In this document: in pieces, positions 57,534-64,000 of the stretch | Numbering within the stretch: the stretch's first letter is position 1 | Layout: each line of letters opens with the position of its first letter | Origin: Candidatus Aminicenantes bacterium | GTDB lineage: Bacteria > Acidobacteriota > Aminicenantia > Aminicenantales > Aminicenantaceae | Direction: 5' to 3' | Length of the DNA stretch: 64,000 nt | Assembly: GCA_014727835.1 (NCBI GenBank) | Contig: WJMT01000129.1 | Span: forward strand, 2,036-66,035 | Made by a program: the position numbers and the translations under genes | Notes under the pieces: model-generated | What the model was told of the DNA's origin: nothing | The model's input: the letters and a program-made list of their open reading frames with translations, nothing else | Databases searched by the model: none

Positions 57534-59623
57534 CTTTCATGGAACTTTTCTTGGAGATCAATACCGAAGAGATGCCGGGCGCCCATGTGAAAACTGCCCT
57601 TGAGCAGATTGAAAAAGGGCTTCGAAAAAAACTCAAAGATGTGGACCTGGTCGACAAAAACAATAAACCCGGAGATATAAAGACATATGGAACATGCCGA
57701 AGATTGGTCCTCTGTGCAGAGACGCCTGCAAAACAGAGATCCAAACAGGACGTTGTCATAGGACCGCCCAAAAAAGTGGCTTTTGATAAAAACAATAATC
57801 CCACCTCAGCAGCCAAGGGTTTTGCCAGATCAAACAACGTGAAGGTCAGTGACCTTGAAGTCATAGAGAACAAAAAAGGGGAATATATCGGAATCAAAAA
57901 AGAAATCAAAGGGGAAAAAGCAGAGAAGTTACTCGAGGAAATCCTGCCCAAACTGATACTAGACCTCTCTTTTCCTAAGATGATGAGATGGGGTCAGAGT
58001 CCTCTTCGGTTCTCCAGGCCCATCAAGAACATTCTTTGCGTGTTTGATGGGAAACCGCTTGCATTCAAAGTCGGAGATAAGACAGCCAGCAGCCACACAT
58101 ATGGTCACAAACTGTTTTTTCCCAAAAAAATAAAGGTGGATTCTTTTAAAAACTATGTATCCCAATTGAAACAGAAGAAGGTTCTGATCGATGCTGAGGA
58201 AAGAAAGAACCGCATTGAAAAGCAGATCAAAGACAAGCTTTCCTCTTTGAATGCACGAATCTATCCTGATAATGAACTTCTGGAAAAGATCACCTATGAT
58301 GTGGAATATCCCTATGTGTTTCTGGGAGAGTTCCCCAAAAATTATTTAAAGCTGCCTATAGAGATCTTGAGCACAGCCATGAAAGTGGGGCAGAGTCTTT
58401 TCTCAGTGGTGGACAAAAACAACCGGCAGATCCCTTATTTTCTGGGGGTCACTGACGGCAGTCCAGATTCCAAACTTCTGGTTCAAAAAGGGAACGAGAG
58501 AGTTCTCAAAGCAAGACTGGAGGATGCCCGGTTTTTTTGGGAACATGACTTAGAAACACCTTTGGAAGACAAGAGAGCTCTGCTCCAAAAGATTGTTTTT
58601 CAGGAAAAATTGGGGACCTATGATGAAAAAACCAAACGGATTCAAAAGTTAGCCCGATTTCTTTCCAAAGCAGCGGGAACCAAAGAACAGAGTCTTGTTC
58701 AGGCTGCGGACCTGTGTAAAGTGGATCTGATCACGGAGATGGTCAGAGAGTTTCCCTCTCTTCAAGGAAAGTCAGGCGGGCTTTATGCTAAAAACCAGGG
58801 CTATCCTGTTCAGGTCTGGAAAGCCATTTATGAGCACTATCAGCCTGTGAGTCAAGATGATCCTTCTCCTTCCACCACAAACGGAGCCGTGCTTTCTATT
58901 GCGGATAAGATCGACTCTATTGTGGGTTCATTCGGGATCGGGCTCGAGGTGTCCGGCTCTAAAGATCCTTTTGGATTGAGAAGAAATGCTCAGGGCATTT
59001 GCATCACCATCCTGGACCATAAAATCAGTTTGACTCTCACAGACTTGATCCAGCAATCTGTTTCAGAATACGGGAGTGTGTTGACCAAGTCCCAACAAGA
59101 ACTCAATCATCAGTGCCAGGCCTTTTTCAAAGACCGCTTGAAATATATCTATGAAAAACAGGGCTATCGTTATGATTTGGTCAATGCAGCTTTGGAAGCC
59201 GGGTTTGATGAGATTTATCATTCTTTTCTGAGATTGAAAGCTTTGGATGAGATCAAAGATACTCCTGAGTTCAATTCACTGATTATTGTGGTGAAAAGAG
59301 TTAACAATATACTCAAAGGTCAGCCAAAACGAGTGATCAAGCCAGATCTTTTCCAAGAAAAACACGAGATCAAACTCTACACAGAATATTCCACTTTAAA
59401 GGAAAAAATATTTCCATTGATATCTGCCGGAGATTTTCGCGGAGCTCAGGAATTCATTCTTGATATTCGGTCCACGATTGATCTGTTTTTTGATCATGTG
59501 CTGGTCATGGCGGAGGATCCCCAGTTGAGAAAAAATCGGATTGCCCTGCTGAGAGCCATCAGCCGCCTTTTTTCAAAGGTTGCGGACTATTCCCAAGTGG
59601 TTGTGGATATGGATCAATTATGA
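57530..59623 (+). CDS. glyS: Glycine--tRNA ligase beta subunit
   Basis: LEI.TEEMP, FPK.MRWG, ARLEDA.FF, EFP.LQG, GSKDPF.LRR, DALR C-terminus. Confidence 0.95.
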   Translation: MTFMELFLEINTEEMPGAHVKTALEQIEKGLRKKLKDVDLVDKNNKPGDIKTYGTCRRLVLCAETPAKQRSKQDVVIGPPKKVAFDKNNNPTSAAKGFARSNNVKVSDLEVIENKKGEYIGIKKEIKGEKAEKLLEEILPKLILDLSFPKMMRWGQSPLRFSRPIKNILCVFDGKPLAFKVGDKTASSHTYGHKLFFPKKIKVDSFKNYVSQLKQKKVLIDAEERKNRIEKQIKDKLSSLNARIYPDNELLEKITYDVEYPYVFLGEFPKNYLKLPIEILSTAMKVGQSLFSVVDKNNRQIPYFLGVTDGSPDSKLLVQKGNERVLKARLEDARFFWEHDLETPLEDKRALLQKIVFQEKLGTYDEKTKRIQKLARFLSKAAGTKEQSLVQAADLCKVDLITEMVREFPSLQGKSGGLYAKNQGYPVQVWKAIYEHYQPVSQDDPSPSTTNGAVLSIADKIDSIVGSFGIGLEVSGSKDPFGLRRNAQGICITILDHKISLTLTDLIQQSVSEYGSVLTKSQQELNHQCQAFFKDRLKYIYEKQGYRYDLVNAALEAGFDEIYHSFLRLKALDEIKDTPEFNSLIIVVKRVNNILKGQPKRVIKPDLFQEKHEIKLYTEYSTLKEKIFPLISAGDFRGAQEFILDIRSTIDLFFDHVLVMAEDPQLRKNRIALLRAISRLFSKVADYSQVVVDMDQL

Positions 59624-59736
59624 AAAGAAATTTAGATTTGTGCCCATGATAAGGTTTGACTTTTGTTGGGGGTTTGTTATAAATTTAGGGTGACTGGAAG
59701 AAAGATGCTTGGCGGGAATTCAAAAAGGAGTCATCC

Positions 59737-60183
59737 ATGAAAAAAAAGGGAATAGAAAGAAGAACCTGTATCAGATTCGAAATCCCCGGAGCGACTGTCA
59801 GCTACAAAGTGTTTAAGCTCTCTCCGAAATTGAAAAGAAGTTATGGAGAAGAGTTTTGCCCTGTAATGGATCTGAGTCGAGGAGGTCTCCGGTTTGTTTG
59901 CCAGAGCAAGCTGAGCATTAATACAAAAATAAAAATGAAAGTTTCTGTTCCCGGAGAGAGGATTCCATTAGAACTGATAGGAAAAGTGAGATGGTCTGCC
60001 GCCAATCCCGGGAAAAGCTATAAATATCAAACAGGTGTCCAGTTTAATCCCTATGGAGAGAAAAAGAAACAGAATTATCCTGGAAACCTGGTCAAAATCA
60101 TTGCCTTGGAGCAAAAGTTCTCTGATGAAGAGGGGGAGTCCGCAGATTCAGACCAAGGGGGAGATTTTGAAATTGACGGATAG
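59737..60183 (+). CDS. Stand-alone PilZ-domain protein
   Basis: ERRTCIR (RxxxR) and DLSRGG (DxSxxG). Confidence 0.85.
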   Translation: MKKKGIERRTCIRFEIPGATVSYKVFKLSPKLKRSYGEEFCPVMDLSRGGLRFVCQSKLSINTKIKMKVSVPGERIPLELIGKVRWSAANPGKSYKYQTGVQFNPYGEKKKQNYPGNLVKIIALEQKFSDEEGESADSDQGGDFEIDG

Positions 60184-60205
60184 ACCTTAAGCGTTCTGGT
60201 CTGAC

Positions 60206-61873
60206 TTATCTCAGCGTTCCCTCGTAATGAGCAGTGAACTGCCGTTTTTTCACATCTTCGGGAGTGTAAGAGGGAAGGATTATGGGAGCCACTCGTTCGG
60301 TTTTTATTCCTTTGTCTTTGAGTTCTTTTTCATATTCAGATACATGTTTCAGAGACAGTTTTCCCAGTTTGGCTGATTTGATATACTCTGAAGCATAGAT
60401 TCCGGCTCTTCTTCCAAACACATTATAGTCCAGTACCGAATTTCCCATCAGGCGGTTGCGTCCATGGACTCCTCCGGAAGCTTCTCCTGCTACATAAAGA
60501 CCCGGAATGTTTGTTTCACATTTATCATTGATTTCAATCCCGCCGTTTTGATAGTGCAGAGAGGGGAAAACAAGCATGGGTTCTTTGGTGATGTCTATAT
60601 CATAACGAATGAATTGACGATGCATGGCAGGAAAGTTTTTGTTGATGTATCCTTCACCTTGGAGCATTTCAATCAGCGGAGAATCCAGCCAGATTCCGAC
60701 ACGGCCTTGCGGGGTTTTGATCCCGTTATTTCTCTCAGTGCATTCTCTGATAAAGGATGAGCTTTCCACATCTCTGGGTTCTCGGGGAAACACAAACAGT
60801 TCTCCATCTTTATTAACGGGCTGACCTCCAGCTCCTCTAATTTTTTCTGTGATGAGGAATCCGGCGATCTGTTCCGGGAATACAGATCCTGTGGGATGAT
60901 ACTGGACAGAATCCATGTACATGAGCTTGGCTCCGGCACGGTAGGCCATGACCAGGCCATCACCGGTGGCTCCATAATGATTTGTGGTGTCAAATCCTCT
61001 AATGTGAAGTCTTCCGTAGCCTCCTGTTGTTATGATGGTGGCCTTGGCTTTGACTGTGAAGTATTCTTCTGTTTCAAGGTTGTACAGGACACCTCCGGCA
61101 CAGTGGCCCTTTTCATCCATGATCAGCTCTACGGTGGGCATGAACTCAAGGATTTCAATTTGATCCGGATGGTTTCTCACTTCATCCATAAGGGTTCGCA
61201 TGATGATGGCTCCGGTGTAATCTCTGCACGAAAGCATCCTTTTTCTGGAGGTGCCTCCTCCATGGAGCACCTGCAAAGAACCTTCTTCATCTTTATCCCA
61301 GCACACTCCCAGTTCTTCCAGCCATTTCACCACTTCGGGTCCGTCTTGGGTCAAGGCTTTGGTCAGTTTGGGTTTGTTATCGAAATGTCCTCCGCCCAGT
61401 GCATCCAGATAATGCCGGGGAGGAGAGTCATCTTCCTTTACAGAAGCCTGCATGCCTCCTTGAGACATCATGGAGTTGGCATCTCCTAACCTGAGCTTGG
61501 TTGATATTTTGACATCTGCTCCAGACTGCATGGCTGTGATGGCTGCAGCACAGCCACCTCCGCCTCCGCCTATCACCAGAACATCGGTTTCTATGTCAGG
61601 TTTGGACAGGTCAAATTTTTTAGGATCGATCCTGGAATGAGATTCCAAGACATCTGCCACTTCAGTGGTCATGATTTCTTTTTTATTGGGTCCCACATTG
61701 ATTTTTCGGCGGGCATCTTTTTTATAGTCCGGATGAAACTTATTGAGAACCTGTTCCCTTTCTTCAGCACTCATGGGAGGAAAGACAGGCTTATCAGATT
61801 TAGCCAGCTCAAATCTTTTGTTTCTGGTCTTTTTGACTTTATTCAGGGATACTCTCATATATTCTGGATACAT
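60206..61873 (-). CDS. Fumarate reductase/succinate dehydrogenase/L-aspartate oxidase-family flavoprotein
   Basis: GGGGGG FAD motif, NSMMSQGG, QYHPT, TEKIRG, PRDV, HYQNGG, HGRNRLMGNS. Confidence 0.88.
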   Translation of the reverse strand: MYPEYMRVSLNKVKKTRNKRFELAKSDKPVFPPMSAEEREQVLNKFHPDYKKDARRKINVGPNKKEIMTTEVADVLESHSRIDPKKFDLSKPDIETDVLVIGGGGGGCAAAITAMQSGADVKISTKLRLGDANSMMSQGGMQASVKEDDSPPRHYLDALGGGHFDNKPKLTKALTQDGPEVVKWLEELGVCWDKDEEGSLQVLHGGGTSRKRMLSCRDYTGAIIMRTLMDEVRNHPDQIEILEFMPTVELIMDEKGHCAGGVLYNLETEEYFTVKAKATIITTGGYGRLHIRGFDTTNHYGATGDGLVMAYRAGAKLMYMDSVQYHPTGSVFPEQIAGFLITEKIRGAGGQPVNKDGELFVFPREPRDVESSSFIRECTERNNGIKTPQGRVGIWLDSPLIEMLQGEGYINKNFPAMHRQFIRYDIDITKEPMLVFPSLHYQNGGIEINDKCETNIPGLYVAGEASGGVHGRNRLMGNSVLDYNVFGRRAGIYASEYIKSAKLGKLSLKHVSEYEKELKDKGIKTERVAPIILPSYTPEDVKKRQFTAHYEGTLR

Positions 61874-61922
61874 CTGAGACTCCTTCTTAGAGTGATTTTT
61901 TTATTGTTCATCTGTTTTGTTC

Positions 61923-62630
61923 TTAATCCAAATTATAATACTTCTTCTTGAGTTCTTCTTTTTTTGCTTTCATGAGTTCTTTAAATTCGTCATCATATTT
62001 GTTTTTTTTCATCTCTTTAAGTCTTTTCTCCAAATCCTTGCTCTTCGGAGACAGATACTTCCCGTAAAGCCTTTTACAGAGGAGGCCAACATTGTACTGA
62101 ACGATTTCTGCAGGACATCTGATGGCGCAGAGGCCGCAGCAAAGACAATCAAAGGAAAGGTCCATCACAGCTTCGATATCGCCTCTTTTAGCGGCCTGAA
62201 TGTAATCCATAACTTCCAGGTCTTGAGGGCAGGCTTTGGTGCAGGTGTTGCATGCCACGCAGCGGAAAACTTCAGGATACAGTCTTTGGATGGTGTTGAC
62301 ATCCGGCTTTGTTTTATCTATGTCATATAAAGCTTTTTCCCCAGGAATGGCAGGGAGTTGGGCGAGCCACATCCCTTCTTCAACAATGGTGGTGCATGCC
62401 AATCCTGTGTAAATTTTATAATCTCCTGGGAGGCGGTAGACTGTGGCACAAGCTCCGCAAAAGCCTTCCCGGCATCCAGCTCCTCTTTTGATTTGATATC
62501 CTGCGTATTCGATAGCCCCCATGATGGTTGACTTCGCGGGAACATCATAAGCTTTTCCCATGATGTAGACGGTTACGAAATCCTTTTTTTTGGGTTGGTT
62601 TTTGGTCTTTTTCTTAGTGGCCATCTTCAT
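61923..62630 (-). CDS. FrdB/SdhB-like iron-sulfur subunit (2Fe-2S + two 4Fe-4S)
   Basis: CREGFCGAC..LAC; CVACNTCTKACP; CLCCGLCAIRCP. Confidence 0.82.
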   Translation of the reverse strand: MKMATKKKTKNQPKKKDFVTVYIMGKAYDVPAKSTIMGAIEYAGYQIKRGAGCREGFCGACATVYRLPGDYKIYTGLACTTIVEEGMWLAQLPAIPGEKALYDIDKTKPDVNTIQRLYPEVFRCVACNTCTKACPQDLEVMDYIQAAKRGDIEAVMDLSFDCLCCGLCAIRCPAEIVQYNVGLLCKRLYGKYLSPKSKDLEKRLKEMKKNKYDDEFKELMKAKKEELKKKYYNLD

Positions 62631-62638
62631 ATCTCCTT

Positions 62639-63463
62639 TTAATATTCCTGAGGCAGGGTTTTGAGTTCAGCCCAGGAGTAGACCGGGCCGTCCTTACACA
62701 CATAATGTTTGCCGATATTGCATCGTCCGCATTTGCCGATGCCGCACTTCATCTTGTTTTCCACAGTGGTGTAAATCTGTTCGTCTTTGAAACCAAGTTC
62801 TTGAAGAGCCTCGATCACAAATTTGATCATGATAGGGGGGCCGCAGGTGATGGATATGGAGTTTTTCGGAGAGGGCTTTTTGTCAGCAACATTTTGAGGC
62901 ACAAAACCAACAAACTCATTGCATCCTTCTTCTTCACAGTCAATAGACAAATGGATATCCATTTCATTTTTCAGTTCTTGGAGCTCTTCTTTAAACACCC
63001 AATCATTTGAAGTTCTGGCTCCATAGATGAGGGCGAGCTTTCCGTAGTCAGCTTTTTTGGCTCTTGCGGTCTGAAGAACCGACCAAATGGGTGCCAAGCC
63101 GATCCCGCCGCCTATGAATAAGATGTTTTTTCCTTTCCATTTTTCAATCGGGAAATGGTTTCCGTACGGACCTCTGATCCCAATGATGTCTCCCTCCTCC
63201 ATCTCATGGAGAGCTGTGGTGACCCTTCCGCTCTTAAGAATGGAGAATTGAAGATAATCTTTTTCCAGGGGAGACGAGGAGATTGAGATCATGGCTTCCC
63301 CTTTTCCCAGTACAGACAGCATGGCACACTGTCCTGAGCGGTGGGAGAAATCACTGGATTCTAAAAATTGAGTCCTGAAAGTTTTGATAGGTCTTGATCC
63401 TGAGACTTCTTGTTTGATTTTGATTATTTTTGCCAGTTTGGGGAGGTATATGTTTTCATTCAT
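62639..63463 (-). CDS. FAD/NAD(P)-binding 2Fe-2S oxidoreductase (FlxA/AsrB/HydG-like)
   Basis: RGPYGN, GGGIGLAP, YGAR, CGPPIM, CGIGKCGRC..VCKDGP. Confidence 0.9.
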   Translation of the reverse strand: MNENIYLPKLAKIIKIKQEVSGSRPIKTFRTQFLESSDFSHRSGQCAMLSVLGKGEAMISISSSPLEKDYLQFSILKSGRVTTALHEMEEGDIIGIRGPYGNHFPIEKWKGKNILFIGGGIGLAPIWSVLQTARAKKADYGKLALIYGARTSNDWVFKEELQELKNEMDIHLSIDCEEEGCNEFVGFVPQNVADKKPSPKNSISITCGPPIMIKFVIEALQELGFKDEQIYTTVENKMKCGIGKCGRCNIGKHYVCKDGPVYSWAELKTLPQEY

Positions 63464-64000
63464 AGTCTTTCACCTTTTCAAGGACTTCAATGATATCGAT
63501 ATCAACGGGGCATTTTGAGATGCATCTTCCGCATCCAGTGCATTGATAATCGTCATAGTTATCAACAAAATAGGAAAACTTATGGAGGATTCTTTGTCTG
63601 AGTCTGGAAGATTTATCCGGTCTTGGATTGTGTCCTGAGGAATGCATGGTGAAATAAGGAAATTGACAGGTATCCCATGTCCGAACCCTTTGTCCCTTTA
63701 AAGGAGACGAAGAAAGGACCTCATCAGAGATGTCAAAACAGTGACATGTGGGGCAGAGATAGGTGCAAATGCCGCATTTGAGACAGCTCATGGATTCTTC
63801 ATCCCAGAACGGAGAGTCAAACATACCCTTGAGTTTATCTGTGATTTTTGATAATTCCTTGACCTGTCTTTTTATTTTCTTTTCTGATTCTTTGTGGACC
63901 TGTTTTAAGTCTTTTTTATCCTTTTCAGAAGGATTTTTGAAAACATCTGAAGCCGCTTTCATCAGTTCCCGGCCCTTATCTGTGAAAGAGTGGACATAGT
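63456..64000 (-). CDS. 4Fe-4S dicluster protein (FlxB/AsrA/HydB-like), 5' end outside the window
   Basis: CLKCGICTYLCPTCHCF, R.WDTC, R..HKF, CTGCGRC...CP; frame open to the window edge (TDKG motif). Confidence 0.88.
   Translation of the reverse strand, partial: YVHSFTDKGRELMKAASDVFKNPSEKDKKDLKQVHKESEKKIKRQVKELSKITDKLKGMFDSPFWDEESMSCLKCGICTYLCPTCHCFDISDEVLSSSPLKGQRVRTWDTCQFPYFTMHSSGHNPRPDKSSRLRQRILHKFSYFVDNYDDYQCTGCGRCISKCPVDIDIIEVLEKVKDYE

Overview
Bacterial chromosomal window from what appears to be an anaerobic diderm organism. Gene content loosely suggests Aminicenantes/Acidobacteriota, but that is only an inference. Housekeeping content: rsmD, rpmE-prfA-prmC, tkt, gltX, serS, argS, metH, gcvT-H-PA-PB-glyQ-glyS, three tRNAs and a large (Alu-domain) SRP RNA. 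Accessory loci are interspersed among these. Most notable: (1) A minus-strand gene cluster encoding an AttH/CrtC (lipocalin-fold) domain fused to a type-III-GGPPS-like polyprenyl synthase, an MMPL/RND exporter and a LolA-like carrier, preceded by a variant lipid kinase. This is a candidate undescribed isoprenoid-lipid make-modify-export system. (2) A RAYT-like Y1 HUH nuclease bracketed by a 33-38 bp, largely non-palindromic GGGGACAC repeat, with three more copies within about 10 kb, all at gene ends. (3) A modular MITE-like family of about 200-250 bp with swappable and invertible IR-bounded cassettes. (4) An unannotated 17-aa Cys-containing micro-gene with its own promoter, RBS and terminator. 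(5) A secreted pair of M42 peptidases, one catalytically dead and one intact. (6) A soluble Flx/Asr-linked fumarate-reductase-like module. All calls are from reading motifs by eye; no searches were run.
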